Source: Cladosporium halotolerans (taxonomy: Eukaryota). From it: a stretch of DNA of 64,000 bases. How positions within the stretch are numbered: the stretch's first letter is position 1; every line of letters begins with the position of its first letter. The DNA lies in assembly GCF_011745625.1 (NCBI RefSeq), contig NW_027191484.1, forward strand, positions 124,001 through 188,000, given 5' to 3'. Shown here piece after piece: positions 24,028 through 35,800 of this stretch. The notes beneath the pieces are model-generated. The model worked only from the letters and a program-made list of their open reading frames with translations, had not been told where the DNA came from and did not search any database. The position numbers and the translations under genes are program-made.

Positions 24028-24945
24028 TTAGGCGCCTCTCGATGCGCACCTGCCAAGCTGGCCGGATGATTCGAAGCGTTTTGGAAGATCGTGGACAACC
24101 TTGCCGGGCGTGTCGTTGGATTTTCGTGCTTCGTGTGTGAGTCTTCGCATGGAGTTGTGGAATTTCGGGTTAGACACAGTATTGATAACGCGTTTGAGAC
24201 TGCGATCATTGATCCAAAAGGTTCCCTTCTGACGGGCAGCTGCCAATAGCGCTCTCTCAAAGTACCACTCGTGACATGAGCGCAGGCACGTGTGCAGAGC
24301 CTTCGCAAATTTGGCTTCGGCCGCCCCAGATGGCGTCCACTCAGCCGCACCTCCGTAGCCGTCTGTTGAGAATATGCAGAGGTCGAGCGACCCATATTCG
24401 ACGAATGTCCTGCAAACGTAGCTAAAGTGGCATTCGGATTGAATAGCGTTAAACAGCTGAGAGTTGCGCCAGTGTATCTGAGACGGCCGTAATGTCTCGA
24501 TCTTGAATTCTAATCTTCTAATCAGTCGCATGTTGGGGTGGAGGTACCTAAGCGATGGAGTTGAGCCGTCGATGCCTGCTGACCGAAGGATATTGAGATC
24601 AAGTGGGAGGTGTAGCGAATCCGAGGCTTTGTGGACATCTTGCCATCTCTGCGCATGACGCACATTGAGTAAGACTACCACTTGAAAGGTGTTGAGCCCA
24701 TAGAGCGCTCTAATGGCTTCTCTGCACACAGTCTTGCACGTCATCAGTAAAGCCGGAGCCAACCCCAAACGTTGGAATGATAGCAAGCTGTCTCTAGCGT
24801 TGGTGAGATTCAAGACTGAAATCGCGTCGTCGGAAACGAGTGCGAGCTCGTAAATGTGATCTCTCAGCTCGCGTGGAATATCGAGAAATGTGAGGCGGCA
24901 TCTTTCTAGTCGGGCCTCGCGATGCTGTGCCAAAAAACCCTCCAT
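24028..24945 (-). CDS. F-box-like/2EXR-type protein (paralogue 1)
   Basis: FLDIPRELRDHIYELAL...LAPALLMTCKTVCREAIRALYGLNTF, the typical fungal LPxELRxxIY motif. Confidence 0.75.
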   Translation of the reverse strand: MEGFLAQHREARLERCRLTFLDIPRELRDHIYELALVSDDAISVLNLTNARDSLLSFQRLGLAPALLMTCKTVCREAIRALYGLNTFQVVVLLNVRHAQRWQDVHKASDSLHLPLDLNILRSAGIDGSTPSLRYLHPNMRLIRRLEFKIETLRPSQIHWRNSQLFNAIQSECHFSYVCRTFVEYGSLDLCIFSTDGYGGAAEWTPSGAAEAKFAKALHTCLRSCHEWYFERALLAAARQKGTFWINDRSLKRVINTVSNPKFHNSMRRLTHEARKSNDTPGKVVHDLPKRFESSGQLGRCASRGA

Positions 24946-25211
24946 GATACACGCCACACACCATTCGTTGTCAGGATGAGCAGAGCGTGTGCGCCAGGCT
25001 CAATTCATCGTTCTTTGGGCGACAAGGGCTCACTGCTTTGCAGTACTGATATTTAACCCTTACCGATGCCCTGCGTAGAGAGCTGCCTTCCTGGAAACTG
25101 GAATTTGCGGCGATATGCAGTCGGCAACTCCAGGAATCTGCAGCGAAGTTGGCTACATGGAGCTGGCACCGTCATGGCGGTTGTAGAAACTTTCACCGCA
25201 AACTTATTGCG

Positions 25212-26072
25212 ATGTCTGCGCACACGTTGACAGACCGGACAATTGAATATGCGATGCACTCGCGCAAGCGTTGTCTCGAGGAGCGAGCAGACAGACTGTC
25301 GACCAAGCGGTATCGAGCGGCTCCGAGAAACTTCATGGACCTCCCCCGCGAACTTCGTGACCTCATCTACGAATTCAGTCTCGTATCTACTGATACTATC
25401 GACGTGTGCCGGCTCTCAACACAACCTTCCGATGTTAAGAAGCTAGGGATCTCCACAGCTCTCTTACGCGTCACGCGACAGATTCATCATGAAGCAATCA
25501 AGGTCATGTACGGTTTGAACACTTTCGAAGCAAGGATACTCCTCGACCCAAGATTACCTCACTCCTTTCACCACGATCGAATGTTCTGCGGTTACGGGAA
25601 AGATCGGACTTTCGGAAATCCAATGATCAAGGCAGTCAAACGGCTGATCATCAGACTCGAATTCAACGCCATGTCTTCATGGCCTAGACAAGATCCCGCT
25701 TTCCCTGAAAAAATGCTAGAAGCCTTCGTGCTCCGCGGAAATCTCGACATCATCGTACTACAACCTGGATGCTATTCCTCGTACCTGGAGAGTTTACAAC
25801 ATTTCAACGCCACATTAGCTACCGCAAACGCAGCTCTTGCCATATCGAGAGGGTCGCTATTCTCAACTTACCTTTTATCCTGTATTGATGTCGACAAGAA
25901 AAGTACGCTTGTTGTACAAAGACCCAAAACACAGGTACCTTTCGAGTTCCTCGATTTTCCATGGACGAGTTTGAATTCTCAACCGGCCACAGATACCATC
26001 GAGGTATCCCGTCACATCCCCTCTCGGTTCAGATCGACTGGGCAGATGAGGTCAGCGAGCTTAATGTGTTGA
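25212..26072 (+). CDS. F-box-like/2EXR-type protein (paralogue 2)
   Basis: FMDLPRELRDLIYEFSL...ISTALLRVTRQIHHEAIKVMYGLNTF. Confidence 0.75.
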   Translation: MSAHTLTDRTIEYAMHSRKRCLEERADRLSTKRYRAAPRNFMDLPRELRDLIYEFSLVSTDTIDVCRLSTQPSDVKKLGISTALLRVTRQIHHEAIKVMYGLNTFEARILLDPRLPHSFHHDRMFCGYGKDRTFGNPMIKAVKRLIIRLEFNAMSSWPRQDPAFPEKMLEAFVLRGNLDIIVLQPGCYSSYLESLQHFNATLATANAALAISRGSLFSTYLLSCIDVDKKSTLVVQRPKTQVPFEFLDFPWTSLNSQPATDTIEVSRHIPSRFRSTGQMRSASLMC

Positions 26073-26086
26073 ATTATTTTCATTGC

Positions 26087-26887
26087 TCATACTATCTGAA
26101 TATCTATGCAAGTCGTGTAAAGCTCGTCTTTCAATACAGCCTCCTGCCCTCCCACATTTCCTATAGATGGCCAGTCCCAAACCCAGTAAAGTGTGTACAT
26201 AGTCTTAGTTGGAGCGTCGTCAGGGATTCTGACGATTACCTTGCACGCCAAGCTCGCACCATCGATCTCGTCGTGAGGAGGCTGTCCGGAGGCCTCGCGT
26301 ATGGCAGAAAGCCCGCTCTCGTTTTTCTCGTAGCATGAACCATCGTCAAAGCTTTGGCGCCAGAGGAGGCGACCCCTCTGATCACCGCCTGTGTTGTTAG
26401 CATTCCAAACATGATGAATTTCTACAATGGTATCAGACTCTCGAGGATTCCCGGTGCCGTACACTGAAACCGTCCCGAAAGTGGGTTTTTCAAGAACCAG
26501 TTTCGAGATATGACCGTTTTCGCGATATCGCAATGCTATCTCATCGCCAGGCCGCGCTCGAAGATATGGGTAATTACTACTTTGGCTACCTAAGGATTGT
26601 GTAGATTTGCAAATGAGGTCCTGATCAGTAAGTAACACACGCTGATCAAGTGGGAGCAAGTAAGTCATTTGATCATCGTAAAGGCTTGAGGAGGGATCGA
26701 CTTGACGCGGTAAGCACTCTAATTGAATGATATTTCGCAATTTCTGGACGATACCATAAGCTCGAGGGTAACCAGGTGCACCAAAGAATGTGCCGTTGCT
26801 GATTTTCCTAACTTCAACAACATATGAGTGACAATGGATGAGGGTAAACAGTGATATTATAGCGATGCAGACATGGATGGAAAGCAT
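26087..26887 (-). CDS. Secreted protein with an N-terminal His (DUF7492-like, possibly LPMO-like fold)
   Basis: Signal peptide MLSIHVCIAIISLFTLIHC followed by HSYV..NGTFFGAPGYPR. Other motifs: IALRYRENGH, FDDGSCY, YTLYWVWDWP, ELYTTCIDI. A short in-frame intron near 26755 is possible. Confidence 0.75.
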   Translation of the reverse strand: MLSIHVCIAIISLFTLIHCHSYVVEVRKISNGTFFGAPGYPRAYGIVQKLRNIIQLECLPRQVDPSSSLYDDQMTYLLPLDQRVLLTDQDLICKSTQSLGSQSSNYPYLRARPGDEIALRYRENGHISKLVLEKPTFGTVSVYGTGNPRESDTIVEIHHVWNANNTGGDQRGRLLWRQSFDDGSCYEKNESGLSAIREASGQPPHDEIDGASLACKVIVRIPDDAPTKTMYTLYWVWDWPSIGNVGGQEAVLKDELYTTCIDIQIV

Positions 26888-27281
26888 GATTATCTCAAAG
26901 CCAATGGGGCATGACCACAGCTGCGAATTTGGTGACGATACAGAGTGCATATATATTATTCAGTGCCATCATGACAAATTCCAAGAATGATCCAGATGAG
27001 TCACGATCCAGGAATTGCCGTTTGAGCGACGCTGACTTAAGAGCTAATCCAGGACCGAGGATCTGTGCTTGCGTTTGAACCGTAGGTCCTAGGGTAGCTT
27101 TTGTCAAAGCCTGGTGATGGACAACAAAGCCTGGCTTTGAACAGCTCAGGAGGAGTCCATGCCCACCGTTCCACTTCATAAGTTATTCTCTGGAGTCCAG
27201 TCAAAGAGTTATGAATATAAGTATTATGCTCTTGCAACTCGAGTCTTTCCCAGACAAGCAAGCAAGTACAGACCGTCAAAC

Positions 27282-28136
27282 ATGGCGACTGAAAACATCC
27301 CTTTCCCACGCACCCCTTACCCCTTCGATCAGCCACACGCGGACAATTTCGCCGGCTTGAAATTTGTCTCTGATTGGCTTGAGCTTCCTGAGGAGAGCGA
27401 GGAATACTATCCTGAGAGCAACGCGCTAAGCCCTGAGGATTGGATAGCTTGCAATGGGCAAGAAGACCCGACGTGGGTGGTTGGAGAGCCCGATTGGCTC
27501 GAGGACGGCGTCGGAAATGCCGATATCATTCCTGCCGCGTGCTTAGAGGCAGGATCGACTTCACCATTACCTGACACAGCGTCATCGCCTTCGGATCTAT
27601 CATCTCCCCAGGATGCATCTAAGGACGCGGCATACGCTCAAGATCCAGCGTCGGAAGCGATTCATGCATCATCAATAACAACGGACGTAATAGCATTGCC
27701 TTGCGCTGTGCCGTCCCGCGGTATGATCAGACGCCGAGGCAGCGGTGACGAGGAGGATAGTCAAGCACCTGAACGGAAGCGTCCGCGTCTGGAGAGATGT
27801 AAGTGTGTCGCCTGAACAACAACGATAGGTGATTGACATGCTACGATAGTGAACATCGATCGAACCCAGGAATTTACTGCTCCTCCGCGTGTGCTTACTC
27901 CCCCACAAGTACACTATGATCCAACGCCGATTTCCCCCGTCCGCCAATTCTGCAAAATCCTGGCGGAGAGACCCTCAAAAGATGGGGTCATGTTCAAGGT
28001 TGTATGGCGCGAATCTTGGGTACATGAGTCGAAGATGCCTGATGTCGAGCCAATCAGACAAGCGCAATACATGCAATTCGGAGAGGCATGGGACGTTCTT
28101 CCTGGCTCGTCAGCTTCGACATCGCAGAAGCGTTAG
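27282..28136 (+). CDS. Acidic protein with a C-terminal chromodomain-like module, 2 exons
   Basis: Intron 27799-27849 (GTAAGT...TAG) joins the ORFs in frame. NLS-like ERKRPR, then CKILAERPSKDGVMFKVVWRESWVHESKM. Confidence 0.7.
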
Positions 28137-28379
28137 CAAGCTTTCTGATTTGGTGGTCAGCTGCGGCGAATTTGGGAAAGAAATTTGAAAACGCCCATGT
28201 CCTCAAGTTCCGGAATCCTGGATCTAGGAACGCCCAACTGTGATTTCATGCGGGTGCTCCTCCATTGCGACAGATGCCGTATATATTCTGCTTATGAAAT
28301 TTCGAGTTTCCAAAGTTCTGTTTGATTCACCATTCGTAATTTTCTGCGCATCTCTGCCCTGAAGATTTGTTCAGGTTAG

Positions 28380-29369
28380 ATGTCATCCCTTCTCCGACTC
28401 CCACGGGAGTTGCGGGATCGTGTCTACGAGGAATGTCTCCTCGCCTCAAAACCGATCGACCTGCGAAATCTTGCCCCGCCGAGAGTAATGCATCTGCACC
28501 AACGCTTATGCCTCACTCCGAACCTCCTAGCCTCGTGTCGGCAGGTATACGAGGAAGCAATTCTGAAGCTATATGACGAAAATCTTTTCTTCGTCGACCT
28601 CACTTCGACTTGGCGATTTTTTCGGCCCCAAAAATGGTGCAAATGCTTCGGATTACAAGAGGGGCAGCTTGACATCTGTATAGCCTGCCGGCGTACCAGT
28701 CCTATTGATAGGACCACGGATAACGAATCTCTCATTGATGCATGGAACCCCAACCTCCACAGGATACGGCGGCTGCAAATCTCACTCCAGCACTACACTT
28801 ATTCGCAATGGAAGTACCGTCAACCCTCTGCCTTTCCGCACACATCAAGACATTGCTCGCTCATGACCTTTTCCGCCCTCCCTTCGCAACTTCGTCTCAG
28901 CTTATTGATCATCAGGACTTTGGAACCCAGCCTTCTGTCTCTCGAAGATTCAGGTCATCACTCTCATTGGAACGCCGTGTCGTTCGGATATAACGTCGGA
29001 GATGTCGAACGATGGAAGCTAGAAGGAACAGAAGATCTTTCGAGACTCGTGGAAAGCGTTCTACAATTCGCCAGGCAACAGGCGGATATATTCGTCATTT
29101 CAGGACCAGGACAGATACCTTACCTATGGACTACGACCATGACGACCCCTACCTATATCCGCGACTACCTGAAGACAGGGCGATATCTCAGGGCCGAAGC
29201 CTTGGATGCCGTAAGGGTGCTGTCAGATATGAAGATCTTTACACCACCCCGTGAGATACGTGAAAGGATAGTCGCGATCGCGGGGTCGAGTGGGATTAGG
29301 GCTGTGTGCCTGAATGGAGAAGGTGTCGCATTCACTAGTATCTACGATTACCTTCCAAAGAACGAGTGA
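28380..29369 (+). CDS. F-box-like/2EXR-type protein (paralogue 3)
   Basis: MSSLLRLPRELRDRVYEECL...LTPNLLASCRQVYEEAILKLYDENLF. Confidence 0.8.
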   Translation: MSSLLRLPRELRDRVYEECLLASKPIDLRNLAPPRVMHLHQRLCLTPNLLASCRQVYEEAILKLYDENLFFVDLTSTWRFFRPQKWCKCFGLQEGQLDICIACRRTSPIDRTTDNESLIDAWNPNLHRIRRLQISLQHYTYSQWKYRQPSAFPHTSRHCSLMTFSALPSQLRLSLLIIRTLEPSLLSLEDSGHHSHWNAVSFGYNVGDVERWKLEGTEDLSRLVESVLQFARQQADIFVISGPGQIPYLWTTTMTTPTYIRDYLKTGRYLRAEALDAVRVLSDMKIFTPPREIRERIVAIAGSSGIRAVCLNGEGVAFTSIYDYLPKNE

Positions 29370-29393
29370 TTCCATATACTTTTCCTCTGACTT

Positions 29394-31122
29394 TCAATGA
29401 TGAGTGGACTTTGGGACATTGCGGAACCGGAAAGATGCAGTCTGGCTTGAGATGTTCTCATCGATTTGGAAGGAAGAGGTGACTAGCCTGATGTCGTGTG
29501 AAGTCTTTCGCAAAGCAGCCCTGACACGACGCTCGAAGATAGGAGATCCACAGACTTGACCGTCAGCTTTGTATCACACCAAAAATTTTATTGCTAATCA
29601 CTTACGAGACAAAGCCATGGTCCCTGCTTCAGCAGCCCACTCCTCTTCTATAAGCCAGCCGAGATCGAGAGCACTTGGAGAGCTGTATATCCGCGGGAAA
29701 TTGGTGTACGGCTGATTGAAATTCGGCATCGCTGAATTCCGGCCACGAAACGGGCGGTATAAGAATACTGTAAAAATTCGTCGCTCACTGTCTTGCTTCA
29801 TAAGCTCGAAAAGAAAATGGCGGGCCCAAACTTCTTGCTCTTCTCAACAATCAGTATTTTCATATGTCTCTTGCGGGAAGCGTGAAGTGTCGGGGGCTTA
29901 CCATCTTTCTCGAGGAACCACAGCAGGGATAACCTGCGGACACGCGAGGTCTTGTCATTATGAGCTTGTAAGAGATGCCGGATTGCGAGGAGATGTGCAG
30001 CTAACCCTACACCGCTGGCGACAAAAAAGACTTTGTCAAAATGTCCTAGATCTTTGGATCCACCATACGGCCCATCTACACGCATACTAGTGTCGTTCTT
30101 GCAGAGCTTGATCATGTTGCTGAAGCCAGCGCGGTGTGCCACTATAAGCGTAAGCGTTTGGCTTGAGCCGTCTCGACTTTCCCAGGCAACCATATATGGA
30201 TGCGCCTGGAGCCTTCCAACCACACTATGTGGGATCGAGGGAATGGTAATGTAGATATATTGACCGTATGTTATCTTTCGAAGCCTTTGGCACCTGATCG
30301 TAATGATGGTGACATCGGAGTCCTCATTTGCTTGAAGCGGTACAATGGAGATTTTGTCAACTCCTCGCAATCGATCGTAAATCATGCGCCCGAGCCAAAT
30401 AAGGCCTTCGAAGGACCAGATCCCTGTGACTATAGATAGACATATTGTGTGGAAGTCCAATTTTCTGGTCCTCTGGAGCCATAGGCAAATGATGATACCA
30501 AGGCTTATAGCCAGATGGAGTTTCAGGAAATGTTCGTACATCGAGCGACGGATGTACAAGATCGATGTGATACCCATTGTTGCCATCGCAATTGTAAGCT
30601 AGGCACTGTTAGCAATAATCCACTGAAGCAAGTTCCAGGGCACCTTACTCCGAAATTGTATGATTGAACTGTCCATTGCTCGGAAGCGAGGGACAAGAAG
30701 GTATAGCTAAGACCTTCGATCAAGCAGACCCAACCCAGAGAGCGATGCATCAAGCTGTGTTGTTTAGGGGTCAGGCCAAAAATCGTCTCTGCAAGGATTG
30801 GGGTTCTAGCTCCAATATATAAGGGGATAAGGTTGACATGAAACATAGCCTTAAGCCTTTCGATTAAATCGCCTAAGTTCCCCACATGAAGACATGTCGC
30901 AACAACATTGCCTACAAGCAACAGCGTGATACCAACCCCAGAGCCCACCGTATAGTCTGAAGATCCCTTCTGTCTGGTCACTATCAGTGTTTGAAGTACA
31001 TGCTTGCGTACGAGTTGCACACTGCGTCTCCGAAACATGTCACCCACTCTAGCGACCTGCCAACCGAACAACAGGGCAAGCAGACTACCGAGTGCCGCAG
31101 TATATAGCTCTTGTATGTTCAT
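29394..31122 (-). CDS. Ferric reductase / NADPH-oxidase-like membrane flavocytochrome (Starship FRE), 4 exons
   Basis: Multiple TM helices with heme-ligand-like His (LMHRSLG, FLKLHL). FAD-binding GQYIYI..QAHPYMV, NAD(P)-binding VDGPYG and FVASGVG, and C-terminal VCG after an intron at ~29604. Stop at 29394. Confidence 0.9.
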
Positions 31123-31795
31123 TGGGAAATCGAATTCGATATAAGCGAAGAGCTACTCAGCCCTCATGCTTCGTATGAATATATAAGGGCTGAAGTAGGG
31201 GCGGCCGCAAAAGCCACGATCGCAAAGTGGAACGCCTGGAAACGGGGATGCAAAAGACGAACCACGAACTCGGATACAGATTCCGAATATCGAGAGCAGG
31301 CATTAAGCGACCGGCGAAGACGGAGCGGGGAATTTTGAGATCAATCTGGCTCAACTGAAGGGTGTCTGAGAAACAGCCGAACAGGATCGGGGCGGCGAAT
31401 CATTGCCCCACCTCCTTCAAAGAGGTTAAATCCCCGATTAGACACTGACTCAGTCCAGGAACGAGAAGTATCAACATGAGCACGTCTGCCCCAGCAATCC
31501 AGGATTCGGGAACTTATTAAGTATAGCACAATGTGCGGTGCACCAGTCGTCGATAGCACCAACATCGAACCCTTGCAACCCCACTTCGCTCGCGCATATG
31601 CAAGATGGTGGCACTTCACCGCGCTTATGCTATGCTTCCGATTCGCCGATAAGCACGCAACAGGAACCTGAGCGCTTAGCCTCGACGTCTTGGGATGAGT
31701 GCGGCACGACCAATGGCTAGTATACAAAAGCCAGGAGCCTGATTGCAGAATTGCACTCCCAAACTCTTGCACCTACGTCATTTTAGCATCTGAAG

Positions 31796-32783
31796 ATGAA
31801 CCACAGGCTCTCGACAACTCGATCCGCTCGCTACCGTGGCAAAACTCTACTGTCAATCGACAAGAATTATGCGCGTCGAGTTGACACCCTCTACAGAAAG
31901 GCGTTCGAGGCACCAGGCGCCATCTCTGATGAAGCTACCCGGAAAAGATGCCGCTTAGCTGTCATGCAAGAACTGGATGGAGTGTGCACTGTCTTTCTGA
32001 CGCATAACGATTCGTCATGGCCGCCAACTCGTGAGCAACTGAAGGTGACTGCCGAGTGAACATTTGCCAACTTGCGGCAGGCTGACTATACCCCAGGATT
32101 TCCAAGTCTTGTACCCACAGGATTATATCTCCGTGAATCAAGCGAATGGCACGGTTGCCAGTCGAGAGGCAGAAAGTGACATTTCAGGGGACGATGTCGC
32201 TACGTCAGCCAGACACCCGTCCAATCTAGATCAAAACCAACAGGCACACAATCGGGCTCCCGTGTTCGAGAAAATCCGTGACGCAAGTCCGCTTGATCGA
32301 AGTCTCGCCCCAAGCAGAGAGGTGCAAATGGGAAACCTATTGGAGAGTATGTTGACCCCTTCGCGAGAGCGAGCCGGTTCTACAGTTGGACTACATGACA
32401 GCAATTCCGTTGCGCCTTCTGCTATTTGCGATTCGACGAGCAAAGACATGCTATCAACGGAGCTAGAGGCACCACGACGCCGCCCAGTCGAGAGCAGACG
32501 GAACAATACTTTCGACGGCCACAGCTTGTCAGAAACAGCCATAACTTCAGTGGAAAGGGAGGCACCTGGGCGCGATTGTATCGATGGCGTGTCCATTGAT
32601 CCCTCCGTATTGTGTACGCCACCGAACAAGATTCTCCCGATCGCCACCACCGCGAGCAGTGGCTCAGAGCGAAGTTACAGGACCCGCCTCTCCACTCGTC
32701 GAGACTGCTCCGTATCACCATCCCCGCGTAGACGCCGTGCCGCGGTATGGAGGACATATAAGGCCAAAGCCGGCGATCTGTGA
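31796..32783 (+). CDS. Hypothetical protein with a disordered S/R-rich C-terminus (5' end uncertain)
   Basis: ORF 31796-32059 is joined by intron 32045-32096 (GTGACT...CTGAC...CAG) to the frame of 32064-32783. Upstream frames contain stops. Confidence 0.45.
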
Positions 32784-32878
32784 CTAGTATAAAGGGTGCG
32801 GAATATGGCTATTGGAGTTTTTTTCATCACATGTAGAAATCGATCATTCTCGCAAGCTCGCTACTGTGTAATATCATA

Positions 32879-35800
32879 CTATGTCTCGTCAATGCTACCC
32901 AGGGCGAATGGTGCTTTCTTCGCGATCCTCGACTCTCCGTCTTCGGGCAACGCCGCCGGTGACTTTCGTTTCAATGAGAGCTTGGGTCGGTCACTCCATG
33001 TGGGAAAATTCGCTTTCTTGGGCTGGGCGGCCCGAGACTCGAAGAATACTCTGTCTGCTACCAGCCACCTTCCCATGATACCTCCCTGTATCCAAACATC
33101 CACCAAATACTTCTCATCCTTTTTCATGCTCGAAGGAATCTTTCGCCGGTCGAACCCAATGTAATCCCATTTATCGCAATTTTCTCGCGAACAAAGGTCT
33201 AGGCTTCTTACACATTGGAGGGCATCTTCCCTGCGACAGGTGAAGTAGATCTTGGTGAATGATGAATCACCAACTCTCTCCCAAGTGACAAGTGTCAGGC
33301 CAGTCCCTTCCGACTTCTGAGATTGCATTTGACCCTCGAGGATCTTCATCTTGTCCTCTATGTCCTTGCCCCGGTCATTTGCTCGATTGAGCTCCTCTAG
33401 AATTCGCCTTGTAACCTCGTTAGCCATGGTGTTCTCTATTTTCTGATTTATCGCCACAACTTCGGCGTCGTATCGAATGTCTTGTTCTTGCTCCACCGCC
33501 TGGGCTTGTTCCTCGATGCATTTCCTGGCTTGCAGTAGCTCCTTTTCGAGACGCGAAATATTTTCATGTGCAACTGAAGCCTGCGAACTGTGCTCTGTGA
33601 TTTGTTTGCTTGCTTCTTCTAGAGAATTTTTAAGCTGGGAAATCACTTCCTCATCTTCTTGCGCTTGCGCAGTTTTTTGTCGGATCGCTTCATCCAGTCT
33701 CTGTTCATTTCGCACCATCCTATCGCTTGATTCGATGACCATGCGATGTTCGCGTTGAAGATCCGACAACTGCCTAGCTAATTCTGAGTCGTGAGACTGA
33801 AGCTCGGCCTGCCTAACGTTGCTCGATGCTAGATTTGTTGCTTTCTCAGCTAACTCCTGCCTTAAGAAATGAATCTGTTTGTCTTTCGTTGCCATATCAC
33901 CTTCCATATGATTTACGGTGAATAGATGCGCAGCAGATTTGCTCGACTGCTCATCTTCGAGGGCTCGAATCTTCCTTTCCAGATCAAGCACCACCGTCGA
34001 ATGCTGATCTTGTAACGTTGTTCGAGCTTCCTCTTGCCTTTCAGATAGCTTCTTCAACTCGTTCTCCAAAGCCTTGATTCTAGCATCACCATCTGCCTTG
34101 TTCTTGTCGACCCTAATGGAAGACGCTTCTAGTCGAGTGAGTTCAAGTCTGAGTGCAGTCTGTTCTTTAGTCGATTGATCGAGTTGGGTTTTCAAGTCCA
34201 TTACGACTCCGTCATTCTCACGGCAGGTTTGTGCCATATCCTTTTTGGTCTCTTGTAGCTGCCTGAGCAGATCGCGCTTCTGTTCGAGCGCTTTTCGCAG
34301 ATTCTCTTCCATTTCATGAAGCTCTAGGCGTAGCTTACCCTTATCTTGTGCTTCCGATCGAATTGTTTCTCTGAGCGAGTCGGTTAAGTGCTCGTGTTCA
34401 GACTGCGCTTCTCGTATTCCTTGAGTCTGCTCTTCTGGTCGAAAATTGAGATCTTCCACCATGTGATCATGCTCGCTCCGTCCATCGCTCCCTGTATGTT
34501 CAACCGCAGGACTTGGTTCGATGTTCTCCTTATTTATGATGGCATCGTTGTCAAAGATCTCGCGTGTGGTCTGATAAGGTTAGCATTGATGTTTGGACTT
34601 TCACATGATGGCAACATACGCTCTTAATCCCCATGAAAACTCGAAACATATTCCATTTCCGGTATAATGTAGTTATGTTCTCTCCGGTAGAGGGAATCCG
34701 GTACATTTGGGGCAAGTAAAGGCACGATTTGTCTGCGCGATGGTCATCTTCAAACGGGCGTCCGCAACGTCGAGGAATCGAGAGCTGACCGGAACTCGTA
34801 AAGGTTGGCTGTCCGACGGGCTCTCTTCGCCGATTTAATGCCCTGAGTATCGCTGAAATTTTATCGGTAGCATTTGAATCTTCGACTGAGCCAGGATCAG
34901 TGAATCGCTCAAACAGCTGGGTGACGATGAGCTTAGTAGAATCCTGAGAACAAAGTTCGTCAATGAGCGGAGTCTTGAACCCTGTTAATGAAGCAAGCTT
35001 TGCGAAATCCTGCCATACACAAGGACTGGGTTCGACAGCGGCTGGTTTATCCTTGTCGAGTACCTTTCTTGTGGTGAAGTTGGTCATGAGCGGGAAGTTG
35101 CGAAATGCGAATAGCCAAAGTTGTTGACGACCAAAAGCAGAAGCGGTTTCAGAGGCCGAAACATTATGTACACGCATATCGTTGTTCGCATGCTCAACGA
35201 TTAGCTTTTCTTGCCGGAAGTATGAGCCCATCAAACCACGGGTCACCGATTGCTTTGTTCGAGGCGGCAATAAGGCTTTGAGTACTTTTGCGCATGGTTC
35301 CAAATATTTCAGATCTTCAAAAAAGGTAAATAGGCTCGGTATCATGGATTGCACAGACTTGAGGTTTGCAAGAATTGTAGCTCGTTCGCTGGCATCTACG
35401 ACGCTTGCGAATATTTTGTTGGAAGACATCATGTCCGAGATGGATTGAGCGTCGACGGTGGAATGGTTTGGTGCAAGGCTTTGGAGCTCTTCGACGCTAA
35501 TGGCATCGGCGACGTCGCGCACATTTATGTTTGCAGTAATGCCTCTCCAAGTCACAGTGACATGGTCCAAATAGGCCAGTAATTCCTGGACTTGTAGATC
35601 AGCCACTTGCGGATCAGCCACTTGCGGATCAGTCTATTACGAGACACAAAGGCGAAGCTTCAAAGTCGTACCTCGTCGCATTTCAGACAGAGCAGTCTGT
35701 GTAGTGACCCGAGCTTCACAGGCGCCCACAGCCCGGGCCAAGGAAGCATGCTGTCAAAAGCGGTGGCGTAGCGGACGTCTTTCAGAAGCTGTCTGAGATC

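Noticed and set aside
32879..34462. Independent myosin/SMC-like gene
   Set aside because: No motor or ATPase motifs. An intron links it in frame to DUF3723.
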